A DNA stretch of 56,793 nucleotides, taken from contig JAQXQC010000055.1 of the NCBI GenBank assembly GCA_029100965.1, positions 1 to 56,793 of the forward strand. The letters run 5' to 3'. Positions 45,591-56,793 of this stretch are shown piece after piece. Position 1 is the first letter of the stretch. Every line of letters begins with the position of its first letter. The position numbers and the translations under genes were made by a program. This DNA is from Bacilli bacterium. GTDB taxonomy: Bacteria; Bacillota_I; Bacilli_A; RF39; UBA660. The notes beneath the pieces were generated by a model. The model had not been told where the DNA came from. It saw only the letters and a list, made by a program, of their open reading frames with translations, and ran no database searches.

Positions 45591-46556
45591 ATGGAAAATA
45601 AATTTATTGTTAATATGGAGGATAATGATTCTTTTTCTAAATTTTCTAAAAGAGATTTGGAAGAATTAAAAAGTCAAATTTGTCATAGTAAGTTGGAATA
45701 TCGTCATAATGTTTGGTTTAATGGAGATGTCACAATTGGTTTAGAGATAGAGTATGAGAATGTTGATAAAGATTTGGTTGATGATTATACAATAATGAAT
45801 TTTCCTCTTTGGAATTCTAGTTATGATACTACTCTTACTAATGGTGGAGAGATTAAGTCTCCTATTTTAACTGGTTCTCCTTCTAACTGGGATGAGTTAC
45901 AAAAGATTTGTCTTTTCCTTGAAGAACATGATGCGCTGATGAATGAGAATGCTGGTGGGCATATTCATGTTGGTAGTCAGATTTTGAGGGGAAATATTCA
46001 TTATTGGCGACAATTTTTAAAAATGTATATGATTTATGAGAAGGATTTATTATATTTTCTTTTTGGAGAGATGAAGGAAGGAAGAAAGGGACTTTATTAT
46101 TATGCTCCACCGATTGCTAAGGCAATTTATCAAGAATTAGATACTTTAAATCATTGTACTTCTTTTGAAGATATTTTCTATCAAGTTTTACCTAAGGATC
46201 GAAATGAGGCAATTAATTTTTCTAATGTATCTGTTGCTGATTTTATTAAGAGATTAGGAAATACGATTGAATTTCGTAGCCCAAATGGAACTAGTAAGGC
46301 AATTATTTGGCAGAATAATGTAAATACTTTGGTTAAGTTTTTGCTTTCTTTTGTTCGAGAAGAAATTGATGAGGAGTATTTAGATTATCGTCTTTTAAAA
46401 GAACCTAGTATTGTTCCTTGTCTTGAGGATGCATTACAATTTGTGGATATGATATTTGAGAATAATCAAGATAAGATTTATTTTTTGAAGCAATATATGA
46501 AGGAATTTCAATGGGATAAGAGAATGAGTAGAGGTCTTGTTAAAACAATGTTCTAG
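45591..46556 (+). CDS. Putative amidoligase-family enzyme (Amidoligase_2-like)
   Basis: GLEIEYE, GGEIKSP, GGHIHVG and TIEFRSPNGT motifs. The ATG at 45591 has an AGAGGGA RBS, and an extended -10 (TGaTATAAT, 45559-45567) lies upstream. Confidence 0.5.
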   Translation: MENKFIVNMEDNDSFSKFSKRDLEELKSQICHSKLEYRHNVWFNGDVTIGLEIEYENVDKDLVDDYTIMNFPLWNSSYDTTLTNGGEIKSPILTGSPSNWDELQKICLFLEEHDALMNENAGGHIHVGSQILRGNIHYWRQFLKMYMIYEKDLLYFLFGEMKEGRKGLYYYAPPIAKAIYQELDTLNHCTSFEDIFYQVLPKDRNEAINFSNVSVADFIKRLGNTIEFRSPNGTSKAIIWQNNVNTLVKFLLSFVREEIDEEYLDYRLLKEPSIVPCLEDALQFVDMIFENNQDKIYFLKQYMKEFQWDKRMSRGLVKTMF

Positions 46557-46603
46557 AATGAGAAAAATCGTGTTATAATAAAAATAAATAAGAAGGTGAA
46601 GGG

Positions 46604-47491
46604 ATGAATAAGAAGAAGAGGATTTATTTTGGAGTGGGAATGATATTTTTTATATTCGTTCTATTTTTGGTGATTTATTTTCATCAGAAAGCTAATCAGA
46701 TTTATATTATTCAGGCTACGGTATCTTATGTTGGAAAAGATTATTTATTAGTACAAGATAATCAGGGAAAAGAATATTCTCTTTCTTTGAAGTCTAACTA
46801 TTTTGTTGGAGATAAAATTATTTTTGAAGTAAAGAATATGAAGAAAACTAATCCTATAGAGGGGAATGTTCTTTCTGTTGAAAAGGTTAATCAAGATATT
46901 GGTTTTACTATTCATGATGAGGAAAATACTTCTAAAGATAACCGTAATGTTGTAGATGAGAATGGTAATGAATCTGCTTTATCTTTGGAACAGGCAAGTG
47001 ATAATTCAGGAAGTGAAGAAGAGGTTGTTGCTTCTTTAGAAGAATTAAAGAGTGAAGTAGATAATAGTAGTCATATTACTTCTTCTATTAAGCATGGTTT
47101 TATTGAATTAGTTGATTTTTTGCTTTATGATGGGACAATTCGGGGAAAGACTTTTTCTAGTTTAAGTAATAGTGCAAAGATTAAGGTATTAAAGATTGCT
47201 TTTTTAATTGATACCAAAATTGAAGAAAAGTTTCCTGATTATAAGGAAAGTATTAAGAGTGCTTCTTCTTTTGCTTACGATAAATTTCGTGAGAAGGTTA
47301 TTGTTTCTTATTTTGATTTAGCGGCAAAGGTATGTCAAGAGAATGAAGAAAGTTGTACAACGGCTAAAGAAGGAATTTCTGAATTAAAGAAAAGTGGTTC
47401 TTTAACTTGGCAGTTTATTAAAAATCTTACTTCTTCTAGTATTAGTAAATTAAAATCTTGGTATGAAGTTTGGAGAGAGACAGATGATTGA
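46604..47491 (+). CDS. Hypothetical membrane-anchored protein
   Basis: An N-terminal TM helix and no recognised motif. Confidence 0.4.
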   Translation: MNKKKRIYFGVGMIFFIFVLFLVIYFHQKANQIYIIQATVSYVGKDYLLVQDNQGKEYSLSLKSNYFVGDKIIFEVKNMKKTNPIEGNVLSVEKVNQDIGFTIHDEENTSKDNRNVVDENGNESALSLEQASDNSGSEEEVVASLEELKSEVDNSSHITSSIKHGFIELVDFLLYDGTIRGKTFSSLSNSAKIKVLKIAFLIDTKIEEKFPDYKESIKSASSFAYDKFREKVIVSYFDLAAKVCQENEESCTTAKEGISELKKSGSLTWQFIKNLTSSSISKLKSWYEVWRETDD

Positions 47492-49253
47492 TGAAAAATT
47501 AAAACTTGTTCCCCATTCACCAGGGTGCTATTTAATGCATGATAAAAATGATGTTATTATTTATGTTGGGAAATCGAAAAATTTAAAGAATCGTCTTAGT
47601 TCTTATTTTAAATCTAGTCATACAGGAAAGACAGCAATGTTAGTTAGAGATATTGTTGATTTTGAATATATTTTAACTTCTTCTGAGTTAGAGGCTTTAC
47701 TGTTAGAGATTAATTTAATTAAGAAATATGATCCTAAGTATAATATTCTTTTAAGAGATGATAAGACTTATCCTTATATTGAGGTTACTAATGAGAAGGT
47801 ATTTCGTTTATTAGTTGTTCGAAATCCTAATATTAAGAAAAGAAGGGATAGGAAGTTATTTGGACCTTATCCTAATGTTACTGCTGCTAGAAAAGTGGTA
47901 GATATGTTGAATCGAGTTTATCCTCTTAGGAAGTGTCAAAATTATCCTAAGAAAGTATGTTTGTATTATCATATTCATGAGTGTTTAGGATATTGTGAGA
48001 AAGATGTTGATCCAGAAGTTTTGGAGAAGATGAAGAGTGAGATTGTTTCTTTTTTAAATGGTAATTATAAAATACTTCATCAGAAGTTAATGGATAAGAT
48101 GAATTTTTATGCAGAAAAGTTGCAGTTTGAAAAGGCTAAGGAATATAAAGAATTATTAGATTATATTTCGATTACTTTAGAGAAACAGAAGGTAGAGTTG
48201 GATGATCATTATGATCGAGATGTTATTGGTTATTATTTTAAAAATGGTTATTTATCTGTTTGTATGCTGTTTATTCGGGGAGGAAAGTTATTAGATAGGA
48301 AGAATGATTTATTTCCTATGATTGATACTTTGGAAGAGGAATTAATGACTTATCTTTCAAGATTTTACGATAAGCATACAATTCATCCTCATGAAGTGAT
48401 TGTTCCTGATGTAGTGAATAGTGAAGTATTATCTCATGCCTTTTCTTTAAAATTTTTAACTCCTATTCGAGGAAAGAAGAAAAAAATGTTGGAGTTATCT
48501 TGTGAAAATGCTAAAAATTATTTAAATGAACAAATTACTTTGGTAGAGAGAAATGAAGAAAAAACATTGGGGGCTATTCGTGAACTTGCTAGTCTTTTAG
48601 AAATAGATTCTGCTAGTAGGATAGAGATTTTTGATAACTCTAATTTGTTTGGTAATTTTAATGTTTCTGGTATGGTGGTATTTATTGATGGTAAGCCTGC
48701 TAAGAGTGAGTATCGTAAATTTAAAATTACTAAGGATGTAAATGATGATTATGGAACAATGAGAGAAGTTATTTATCGAAGATATTTTCGAGTTTTGAAA
48801 GATCATTTATCTAGACCAGATTTGATTATTGTTGATGGTGGTTTGGGACAATTAAATGTAGCAAGAGAAGTTATTGATTCTCTTGGCCTTAATATTCCGG
48901 TTGTTGGTTTAAAGAAAGATGATAAGCATAATACTTCTGAATTGATTGGAGGAGATCCTATTTCGATTATTTCTGTTGATAAAAAAAGTAGTTTGTTTCT
49001 TTTATTAACTAAGATGCAAGATGAGGTACATAATTTTACGATTCATTATCATCGTCAAATTCGTAGTAAGGGTTCTTTAACGAGTATTTTAGATAGTGTT
49101 TCTGGTATTGGAGAAGTTCGTAAGAATAAGTTATTGAAAAAATATCGTACAATTTCTAATATAGAATCTGCTAGTGTAGAAGAGTTAGCTCTTTTGATTC
49201 CTAAGGAAGTAGCGATTCAATTAAAGAATATTTGTTCTTCTATTAAAGATTAA
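47484..49253 (+). CDS. uvrC: Excinuclease ABC subunit C
   Basis: GIY-YIG motif (GCYLMHDKNDVIIYVGKSKNLKNRLSSYF), a UVR domain (FEKAKEYKELLDYI), and a C-terminal HhH. I prefer the ATG at 47484. Confidence 0.9.
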   Translation: MIDEKLKLVPHSPGCYLMHDKNDVIIYVGKSKNLKNRLSSYFKSSHTGKTAMLVRDIVDFEYILTSSELEALLLEINLIKKYDPKYNILLRDDKTYPYIEVTNEKVFRLLVVRNPNIKKRRDRKLFGPYPNVTAARKVVDMLNRVYPLRKCQNYPKKVCLYYHIHECLGYCEKDVDPEVLEKMKSEIVSFLNGNYKILHQKLMDKMNFYAEKLQFEKAKEYKELLDYISITLEKQKVELDDHYDRDVIGYYFKNGYLSVCMLFIRGGKLLDRKNDLFPMIDTLEEELMTYLSRFYDKHTIHPHEVIVPDVVNSEVLSHAFSLKFLTPIRGKKKKMLELSCENAKNYLNEQITLVERNEEKTLGAIRELASLLEIDSASRIEIFDNSNLFGNFNVSGMVVFIDGKPAKSEYRKFKITKDVNDDYGTMREVIYRRYFRVLKDHLSRPDLIIVDGGLGQLNVAREVIDSLGLNIPVVGLKKDDKHNTSELIGGDPISIISVDKKSSLFLLLTKMQDEVHNFTIHYHRQIRSKGSLTSILDSVSGIGEVRKNKLLKKYRTISNIESASVEELALLIPKEVAIQLKNICSSIKD

Positions 49254-49267
49254 AATTTTATTATAGA

Positions 49268-49315
49268 AATAATATTGGTTAAAAGATAAAGTCTTAATCA
49301 GTATTATTTTTTTAT
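49268..49315 (+). terminator. Rho-independent terminator after uvrC
   Basis: A 15-bp stem (49268-49282 and 49294-49308, two G-U pairs) followed by a T-run. Confidence 0.6.
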
Positions 49316-49414
49316 TATCTTTTATAGAATTAAGTTAATTTACTTATAGATAACTAACTTGTAAAGAGCATAAAAATACGATATACTAAAACAAGATGTA
49401 AGAGAGTGATAGAG

Positions 49415-52372
49415 ATGTATTTAAAGTGTATGAAAGCTTATGGTTTTAAGTCTTTTGCCGATAAAATAGAAATTCATTTTGAAAAGAATATTAATGGGAT
49501 TGTTGGGCCTAATGGAAGTGGTAAATCGAATGTTGTTGATGCGGTAAGATGGGTTTTAGGAGAACAGTCGATTAAGTCTTTAAGAGGTGATACTTCTACT
49601 GATGTTATTTTTTCAGGAAGTAAAAGTAGAAAGCCTTTAAATAGTGCTATGGTTACTTTAATTTTTGATAATAGTGATTTTTATTTACCTATTCAGTATA
49701 CTGAAGTTTCTGTTAAAAGAGTAATGTATCGAAGTGGAGAAAATGAATATTATTTAAATAATGAGAAATGTCGATTGAAAGATATTACCAATCTTTTAGT
49801 AGATACTGGGGCTGATAAGGAGAGTTTTAATATTATTTCTCAAGGTAAGATTGATGAGATTTTATCGACTAAACCTGGAGATAGGAGAGCTGTTTTTGAA
49901 AGTGCTGCTGGGGTGATGAAGTATAAAAAAAGAAAAGAAGAAGCAGTCAAAAAGTTAGAACGAACCAATTTAAATATGAATCGTGTTGAAGATATTTTAA
50001 GGGAACTTGAAAATAATTTAACCCCTCTAGAAAAACAAAGTAAAGATGCAACAAAATACTTAGAAGTAAAAGATGTTCTTTCTGATTTGAGTATTGCTTT
50101 AATGGCATCTGACATTACGAAGTTTAATCACGAAATCAAAACATTAGAAGAAAAAATTAATGTTTTAAATGATGAAGTAGTAAGCCTATCTAATACTCAT
50201 TCTAGCTATGATATTGACTTGTTAACTAAAAAAGATGAAGTTAAAAATATTGAAATCAAGATAAATCAAGAACAAAATACTTTATTAGAAATTACGAAAA
50301 GTATTGAGAAGATTAATGCTGATATTCGGCTTTTAAAGATGAGAAAACAATATAGTGAGGAACAAGGAAATCAAGAAGAAGAACGCTTACTTTTATTAAA
50401 AGAAAATTTACTAAAAATAAATACAAAGTATCAAGAAGAAGAACAAGATATTCAAAAATTAGCAAGTGATCATAAAATACAACAAGAAACGATTAGAAAA
50501 ATAGAAAAGCAATACAATAAAGCAAGTGAAGATAAAAATAAATTAAAAGAAATATTAGAAAAAAATGATCGGGAGTGCTATCAACTAAAATTAAAGATTG
50601 AACATTTAGAAAATAGTATTGAAAGAAATGGTCAAGTTCCTAAAGCAATTAAAAGTATTTTAGATAACCCTAGACTTTTAGGCGCTCATCACATTGTTGG
50701 AAAACTTCTTTCTATTCAAGATGAATATGTTACGGCAATTACAACAGCCCTAGCTGGAAGTGTCAATCATTTAGTAGTAGATTCTACTGAGAATGCAAAA
50801 AGAATGGTTTCTTACTTAAAAGATAATCAATTAGGTCGGGCTACTTTTTTACCAATGGATAATATTAAACCAAGAAATATTGATAGTGTTACTTTCGATA
50901 AAGTTAAAAATCAAGAAGGATTTGTTGATGTTGCTTCTTCTTTGGTAAAGTATGATTCTATTTATCAAAGTATTGTTTCTCATTTACTAGGAAATATTTT
51001 AATTGTTGATGATTTAAATCATGCAACAAATATCAGTCGAAGTATTTTTAATCGTTATAAAATTGTTACTTTAGATGGTCAAGTCATTAATATAGGTGGT
51101 TCTATTACTGGAGGAAGTAATTCTGTTGGAAATAATGTCATCAAAGAAAAATATGAACTAGAAACTAGTAAACTAGAACTTGAACACTTAAAAGAAAAAG
51201 CAAAAGATATCCAAGAAAAGTTAGAAGAAAAAAATACTTTATTAGAAAGTACTAATGTTACTTTATTAGAAGAAAAGAATCAGCTTCTTTCTTTAGAAGA
51301 AGAGAGGAGAAGAAAAGAAAATTTATCTAATGAATTAAAAGAAGAAAAAGAAGAAATTGAAAGAGAAATAAAAAATATTGATGTTATTTCTAAAAATAGT
51401 AGTGATACGGAACTTGAGAGAATGTTAGAAATGTATTATAGTGCTATTTCATCTAAAGATAATATCGTTAGAAGTGTTAATTCTTTAACAGAAGAAAAGA
51501 AAAAATTAGCGTCTGATATTTTAGAAATAGAAGGATTATCTAGAAAAGATAGTTCTAATATTTCTCAAAAAGAAAAGTCTTTGAAAGAATTAGAGATTAG
51601 AAGAAATACGCTAAATATTAAACTAGATAATTTATTAGTTTCTTTAGGAGAAGAATATAATTTAACTTATGAAGCTGCGGTTAATCATTATCAGTTGGAT
51701 ATTCCAGAAGATATTGCTAGAGAGAAAGTTAAAAATTTAAAAAATGAAATTAAATCAATTGGTTATGTTAATGTTGATGCTATAGAAGAATTTAAGAAAG
51801 TAAAAGAAAGGTATGAATTTTTAGATCATCAAAGACAAGATTTAAAACAAGCAGAAGCTACTCTTTTAGAAATTATGAAAGAAATGGATACTGTAATGAA
51901 AGAAAAATTCAAAACCACTTTTGAAAGTGTAAGAATCGAATTTAAAAAAGTGTTTAGACAAATGTTTCGTGGAGGAGAAGCTGAGTTAGTTTTAACTGAT
52001 CCTGATAATTTATTAGAAACAGGAATCGAAATTGAAGCTATTCCATCCGGAAAAAATTTGAAAAGTATTACTCTTCTTAGTGGGGGAGAAAAGACTTTTA
52101 CGGCTATTTCTTTATTATTTGCTATATTAAATGTAAGACCAGTTCCTTTCTGTTTATTAGATGAAGTAGAAGCTGCTTTAGATGATGCTAATGTCGAAAG
52201 TTTTGGTCATTATCTTGATGAGTATCGTGATAAAACACAGTTTATTTTAATTACCCATAAGAAGAAAACGATGGAGTTTGCTAATACTTTATATGGAATT
52301 ACTATGCAAGAGTCTGGGGTTAGTAAGTTAGTTAGTGTTAGGCTTGAAGATATTGAGAATGACAAACATTAG
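49415..52372 (+). CDS. smc: Chromosome segregation protein SMC
   Basis: An N-terminal Walker A (GPNGSGKSN), long coiled coils, a hinge, and a C-terminal LSGGEK signature with a Walker B (LLDEVEAALD). I prefer the ATG at 49415 (MYLKCMKAYGFKSF). Confidence 0.9.
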   Translation: MYLKCMKAYGFKSFADKIEIHFEKNINGIVGPNGSGKSNVVDAVRWVLGEQSIKSLRGDTSTDVIFSGSKSRKPLNSAMVTLIFDNSDFYLPIQYTEVSVKRVMYRSGENEYYLNNEKCRLKDITNLLVDTGADKESFNIISQGKIDEILSTKPGDRRAVFESAAGVMKYKKRKEEAVKKLERTNLNMNRVEDILRELENNLTPLEKQSKDATKYLEVKDVLSDLSIALMASDITKFNHEIKTLEEKINVLNDEVVSLSNTHSSYDIDLLTKKDEVKNIEIKINQEQNTLLEITKSIEKINADIRLLKMRKQYSEEQGNQEEERLLLLKENLLKINTKYQEEEQDIQKLASDHKIQQETIRKIEKQYNKASEDKNKLKEILEKNDRECYQLKLKIEHLENSIERNGQVPKAIKSILDNPRLLGAHHIVGKLLSIQDEYVTAITTALAGSVNHLVVDSTENAKRMVSYLKDNQLGRATFLPMDNIKPRNIDSVTFDKVKNQEGFVDVASSLVKYDSIYQSIVSHLLGNILIVDDLNHATNISRSIFNRYKIVTLDGQVINIGGSITGGSNSVGNNVIKEKYELETSKLELEHLKEKAKDIQEKLEEKNTLLESTNVTLLEEKNQLLSLEEERRRKENLSNELKEEKEEIEREIKNIDVISKNSSDTELERMLEMYYSAISSKDNIVRSVNSLTEEKKKLASDILEIEGLSRKDSSNISQKEKSLKELEIRRNTLNIKLDNLLVSLGEEYNLTYEAAVNHYQLDIPEDIAREKVKNLKNEIKSIGYVNVDAIEEFKKVKERYEFLDHQRQDLKQAEATLLEIMKEMDTVMKEKFKTTFESVRIEFKKVFRQMFRGGEAELVLTDPDNLLETGIEIEAIPSGKNLKSITLLSGGEKTFTAISLLFAILNVRPVPFCLLDEVEAALDDANVESFGHYLDEYRDKTQFILITHKKKTMEFANTLYGITMQESGVSKLVSVRLEDIENDKH

Positions 52373-52471
52373 GAAAAATTAAAATGAAGTATTATTTTTA
52401 TAAAATACTTCATTAGAATAAACAATATTTAAAGAAAAGAATAATAATTAGATTTCAATTATATTAAGGGT

Positions 52472-52507
52472 AAAAAAATCACATCTAAAGTTTAGGTGTG
52501 GTTTTAT
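52472..52507 (+). terminator. Rho-independent terminator after smc
   Basis: Stem atcacatct (52478-52486) pairs with aggtgtggt (52494-52502), including G-U pairs. The flanking runs are A-rich and T-rich. Confidence 0.5.
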
Positions 52508-52618
52508 CTTGTTAAGATTTTTTAACTTAAAAAGTTAAAAATCATGATGAGTTTTCATACACTTTTCTTCTTTCTTATGTTATAATACTATGGTATTTAA
52601 AAAAGGGAAGTGAAGAGA

Positions 52619-53644
52619 ATGAGGACAGATGATTTTGACTATAACTTGCCAGTTGAGTTAATTGCTCAACATCCAAGTGAAAAAAGGGATAAATGCAAAA
52701 TGATGGTGTTAGATAGGAAAACAGGTGAGTTAGAACATAAAGTATTTTCAGATATTATTGATGAGTTAAAAGAAGGTGATACTTTAGTATTAAATGATAC
52801 CAAGGTTTTACCTGCTAGGTTATTTGGAATGAAAGAAGAAACAAAAGCTCATGTGGAAGTCTTACTTTTAAAAAATTTAGAGAAAGATAATTGGGAATGT
52901 TTAGTAAAGCCTGCTAAAAGAGTAAAAGTTGATACAGTGATTGATTTTGGAGATGGTTTATTAAAAGCTAAATGTATTTTTGTAGGAGAAGAAGGGATAC
53001 GGCATTTTGAATTTTTATATGAAGGTGTTTTTTATGAAATATTAGATAAGTTAGGGACTATGCCTCTTCCTCCTTATATTCGTGAACAATTAGAAGATAA
53101 AGATCGCTATCAAACCGTTTATGCTAAAAATATAGGTAGTGCTGCAGCGCCTACTGCTGGGTTACACTTTACTAAAGAATTATTAAAGAAAATAGAAGAA
53201 AAAGGGGTACATATTTGTTATATTACTTTACATGTTGGTCTTGGTACTTTTCGACCTGTTAGTGTAGAGGATGTGACTAAACATACTATGCATAGTGAAT
53301 TTTATAGTATGTCCAAAAAAGTTGCTATAAAATTAAATCAGGCTAAAGAAGAAGAAAGAAGAATTATTGCCGTTGGAACAACTACAACGAGAACATTAGA
53401 GACTATTATGAAAAAGTATCATGAATTTAGAGAATGTTCTGGATGGACTAATATCTTTATTTATCCAGGATTTCAGTATGAAGCAATTGATGGATTGATC
53501 ACCAATTTTCATCTACCGAAATCAACGCTGATTATGTTGGTTTCTGCTTTTAGCTCAAAAGAAATTATTTTAAATGCTTATAAAGAAGCTGTTTTGAAAA
53601 AGTATCAATTCTTTTCTTTTGGAGATTGCATGTTTATTCATTAA
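52619..53644 (+). CDS. queA: S-adenosylmethionine:tRNA ribosyltransferase-isomerase
   Basis: [15 protein letters not shown] at the N-terminus, [13 protein letters not shown], and [11 protein letters not shown] prefer the ATG at 52619. Confidence 0.9.
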   Translation: MRTDDFDYNLPVELIAQHPSEKRDKCKMMVLDRKTGELEHKVFSDIIDELKEGDTLVLNDTKVLPARLFGMKEETKAHVEVLLLKNLEKDNWECLVKPAKRVKVDTVIDFGDGLLKAKCIFVGEEGIRHFEFLYEGVFYEILDKLGTMPLPPYIREQLEDKDRYQTVYAKNIGSAAAPTAGLHFTKELLKKIEEKGVHICYITLHVGLGTFRPVSVEDVTKHTMHSEFYSMSKKVAIKLNQAKEEERRIIAVGTTTTRTLETIMKKYHEFRECSGWTNIFIYPGFQYEAIDGLITNFHLPKSTLIMLVSAFSSKEIILNAYKEAVLKKYQFFSFGDCMFIH

Positions 53645-53765
53645 AGTACTGATCAGTATTTTATGTGTCAAAAAAGTGTCAAATGGTGAAAAAAAGAGAA
53701 AAAAATTGTGATAAAAAAAGGAATTTTAGAATTTATGTAGAATATTAATATTAGAGGGTGGTATC

Positions 53766-55490
53766 ATGGCTTATATTGATGAAGAAACTATAAAAGCGAT
53801 TAGAAGAAAACATCCTATTAAAGAAATTGTAGAGAGATACATTCCCTTAACAAAAAAAGGAGAGGATTATTGGGGTCTTTGTCCTTTTCATGCAGATAAT
53901 CATCCATCTATGTCGGTATCTACTAGATTAGATATGTTTCAGTGTTTTGTTTGTAAAAAGGCGGGGAATGTTTTTAATTTTATTGCGGGAATAGAAAATA
54001 TTACTTATGGAGAAGCTATTAATAAGTTGGCACAAGAAGATGGATATGAGGTACGTAGTGTAGAGATGATAGATCCAAATCTAAAGAATTATGAGGTTAT
54101 GTCACTTGCAGTTAAGTATTATCAAAATAATATTAATAGTGTTTTGGGAGAAAATGCTATTTCTTATTTACAGGAGAGAAAAATTGATCGGGAGACGATA
54201 AAGAAATTTGAATTAGGAGTATCTATTTCTAAACAACCTTTAACGCCTTTTCTATTAAATCAATATGATTTAAATACTTTAATTGATTTGGGATTAACTA
54301 GTACTTCAGAAAAAGATATTTTTAATGATCGAATTATGATTCCTATTCATGATTTATATGGAAATCCTATTGGTTTTGGGGCAAGAATTTATCAAACTAA
54401 GGATAGTAGTAAATACATTAATACTAAGGCAACAAAAATATTTGATAAAGGAAATATTTTATATAATTATCATCGCGCTCATCAAAATTTGAGTAAAGAA
54501 GATAGTATCATTATCATGGAAGGTTATTTTGATGTTATTCGGGCTTCTACTATTGGGGTTAATCATTGCGTTGCTCCGATGGGAACATCTCTTACTAAAA
54601 ATCATATTCAGATTTTAAAGAAAATTACTAAACATGTTATTCTTTGTTTTGATGGAGATGAAGCTGGGAAGGTGGCGACTGTTCATGCTATTCCTTTATT
54701 GGAAGAGGCAGGACTTGATACAAAGATTATTCGTCTAGAAGAAAAAGATCCAGATGATTTTATTTTAAAAAGAGGAAAAGAAGCTTTTTTAGAAAAAATT
54801 AGAAATCCTCTAAATGTTATTGATTTTAAAATGAGTATTTTAGGGGAGAAAAAGAATTTAAACGATATTCAAGAAACTAGTACTTATTTAGATCAAATTA
54901 TTCATGAGTTATTGAAAGAGAAAGATGATATTTTAGTTGAACTTACTTTAAAAAAATTATCAACAAGGTTTAATATTGAATATCAAACTTTAAATTACCG
55001 CTATTTAGAATGTAAGAAGAATAACATTAGAACTGATGCTGTCAAATTACCTAAAATAGTTAATAAATGTTCTAATCAGTATGGACAAGCGGTAGATAAT
55101 TTGTTATACTACATGATTGAATCCCCTGATGTAGCCGAAAAGGCTTTAGCGAATGTTTCAATGATATTAGATGATAAAAAGAGAAGGCTTTTTAATGAGA
55201 TTATTTATTATTATCATGAGTATGGTCAGATTATTATTGCTGATTTTAGTACTTATTTATCAACAAAGACTAATGTTTTTGATACTTTTGAAGGAATATT
55301 TTCTTTAAATTTAAAACGAGAGTATACAGAAGAGGAAATTGATGATTATATAAAGTGTATTAATTATTATTATAAAAAAAATATTATTGATAAGTTAAAG
55401 GCAGATTTACAAAAAGAAACAGACCCTATGAAGCAAGCTTTGATTATCAGTGAAATGATGAAAATAAGAGGAGTGAAAGAGAATGATTGA
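53766..55490 (+). CDS. dnaG: DNA primase
   Basis: A CHC2 zinc finger ([13 protein letters not shown]...CFVC), a TOPRIM domain ([17 protein letters not shown]), and its position upstream of sigA. Confidence 0.9.
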   Translation: MAYIDEETIKAIRRKHPIKEIVERYIPLTKKGEDYWGLCPFHADNHPSMSVSTRLDMFQCFVCKKAGNVFNFIAGIENITYGEAINKLAQEDGYEVRSVEMIDPNLKNYEVMSLAVKYYQNNINSVLGENAISYLQERKIDRETIKKFELGVSISKQPLTPFLLNQYDLNTLIDLGLTSTSEKDIFNDRIMIPIHDLYGNPIGFGARIYQTKDSSKYINTKATKIFDKGNILYNYHRAHQNLSKEDSIIIMEGYFDVIRASTIGVNHCVAPMGTSLTKNHIQILKKITKHVILCFDGDEAGKVATVHAIPLLEEAGLDTKIIRLEEKDPDDFILKRGKEAFLEKIRNPLNVIDFKMSILGEKKNLNDIQETSTYLDQIIHELLKEKDDILVELTLKKLSTRFNIEYQTLNYRYLECKKNNIRTDAVKLPKIVNKCSNQYGQAVDNLLYYMIESPDVAEKALANVSMILDDKKRRLFNEIIYYYHEYGQIIIADFSTYLSTKTNVFDTFEGIFSLNLKREYTEEEIDDYIKCINYYYKKNIIDKLKADLQKETDPMKQALIISEMMKIRGVKEND

Positions 55491-56583
55491 GGAAATAAAG
55501 ACATTTGAACAGAGAAAAGAAGATTTAATTAAGAAAGGTAAAGAGAAAGGTTTTATTACTTATGAAGAACTTGCTAATGGTTTAAAGGGATTAGATTTAG
55601 ATAGTGATTCTTTAGATGATTTATATAATTCTTTGATTGAATCTGGAATAGAGATTGTTAATGATGAATCTGAAGTTGGGGCTGTTGAAGAGGGAGATTC
55701 TGGTGGAGATATTGAAGATATCTTAAAAGACGATAATATTGCTAAGGATTTATCTATTAATGATCCAGTTCGAATGTATTTAAAAGAAATTGGTAGAATT
55801 AGTTTGCTATCTTTAGAAGAAGAAACTAAATTATCTGAAAGAATTGCTGCTGGTGATGAGGAAGCTAAAAATATTTTAGCAGAGTCTAATTTACGTTTGG
55901 TTGTTAGTATTGCTAAAAGATATGTTGGAAGAGGAATGCTATTTTTGGATTTAATTCAAGAAGGAAATATTGGTTTGATGAAAGCAGTTGAAAAATTTGA
56001 TGCCAATAAGGGATATAAATTTTCTACTTATGCAACATGGTGGATTAGACAAGCAATTACTAGAGCAATTGCTGATCAAGCAAGAACAATTCGTGTTCCT
56101 GTACATATGGTAGAAACAATTAATAAGTTATCACGTTATCAAAGACAGTTAACTCTAGAATTAAATCGTGAACCCACAGATGAGGAACTTGCTAAAAAAA
56201 TGGGAATGCCCGTAGATAAAATTAGAGAAGTAATTAAAATTGCCCAAGATCCTGTTTCGTTAGAAACACCAATTGGGGAAGAAGATGATTCTCATTTAGG
56301 AGATTTTGTTAAAGATGAAAGAAGTATGTCTCCTGAAGAATATACAATTCATGAATTATTGAAGGATGAAATTAGCGATGTTTTACTAACACTAACAGAA
56401 AGAGAAGAGCAAGTATTGAGACTTCGTTTTGGACTTGATGACGGATCTTGTAAGACATTAGAGGAAGTAGGACAGATGTTTGGGGTAACTAGAGAAAGAA
56501 TTCGTCAAATTGAAGCAAAAGCATTAAGAAAATTAAGACATCCATCTAGAAGTCGTAAATTAAAGGATTTTTTAAATGATTAA
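55483..56583 (+). CDS. sigA: Primary RNA polymerase sigma factor (sigma-70/SigA)
   Basis: Regions 1.2 to 4.2 are all present ([73 protein letters not shown]). Confidence 0.95.
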   Translation: MIEEIKTFEQRKEDLIKKGKEKGFITYEELANGLKGLDLDSDSLDDLYNSLIESGIEIVNDESEVGAVEEGDSGGDIEDILKDDNIAKDLSINDPVRMYLKEIGRISLLSLEEETKLSERIAAGDEEAKNILAESNLRLVVSIAKRYVGRGMLFLDLIQEGNIGLMKAVEKFDANKGYKFSTYATWWIRQAITRAIADQARTIRVPVHMVETINKLSRYQRQLTLELNREPTDEELAKKMGMPVDKIREVIKIAQDPVSLETPIGEEDDSHLGDFVKDERSMSPEEYTIHELLKDEISDVLLTLTEREEQVLRLRFGLDDGSCKTLEEVGQMFGVTRERIRQIEAKALRKLRHPSRSRKLKDFLND

Positions 56584-56793
56584 ATTGTCTCCTAGGTTAT
56601 CTGGAATAGCAGAGTTTATAAAAGATGATTGTAGTATGGTAGATATTGGGTGTGATCATGGTCTTCTTGATATCTATCTTGTTCAAAATAAAAAGAATAT
56701 TCAGGTCATTGCTAGTGATGTAAATGAAAATGCTTTAAATAATGCAAAAAAGAATATTAAAAAGTATCAGGTGGAAGATAAGATGTCAGTAGT
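56576..56793 (+). CDS. trmK: tRNA (adenine22-N1)-methyltransferase, 5' partial (runs off the window)
   Basis: [54 protein letters not shown] resembles the TrmK/YqfN N-terminus. The sigA-trmK gene order is conserved. Confidence 0.65.
   Translation, partial: MIKLSPRLSGIAEFIKDDCSMVDIGCDHGLLDIYLVQNKKNIQVIASDVNENALNNAKKNIKKYQVEDKMSV

Noticed and set aside
10938-50115. Other short overlapping or antisense ORFs from the track: 10938-11171, 17160-17396, 18115-18330, 20276-20479, 23349-23585, 33177-33368, 36037-36279, 38199-38381, 39996-40184, 45883-46110, 47335-47520, 48597-48806, 49840-50115.
   Set aside because: Each is embedded in, or antisense to, a longer ORF with recognisable motifs. None has a convincing RBS or any motif of its own.

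Overview
This is a very AT-rich chromosomal window from a Firmicutes-type organism. Housekeeping genes include murE, uvrC, smc, queA, dnaG-sigA-trmK, nadK and galE. Sporulation-type genes (cwlD-like, gerQ-like, a YjcZ-like mini-ORF) suggest a spore former. The left part (about 3.0-14.4 kb) is a cell-envelope glycopolymer cluster, preceded by a large secreted lysozyme with four ricin-lectin domains. The standout feature is a diversity-generating retroelement (DGR) at about 26.5-30.6 kb. Its order is target gene 1 (VR1), a standalone MutS-domain-I-like ORF, avd, a 141-nt Asn-codon-rich template repeat (TR), a DGR-type reverse transcriptase, and target gene 2 (VR2). The RT is interrupted by a -1 frameshift at an A5 run. 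A third paralogous target (VR3) lies about 7 kb further downstream, fused to a TasA/camelysin-like N-terminal module. In my hand alignment, TR/VR differences fall overwhelmingly on TR adenines, which is the DGR signature. VR2 and VR3 also share non-adenine differences from the resident TR, so their history is more complex. I saw no rRNA, tRNA, CRISPR array, transposase or integrase. All functional calls rest on motifs recognised in the supplied translations and on manual nucleotide alignment. No database search was run.
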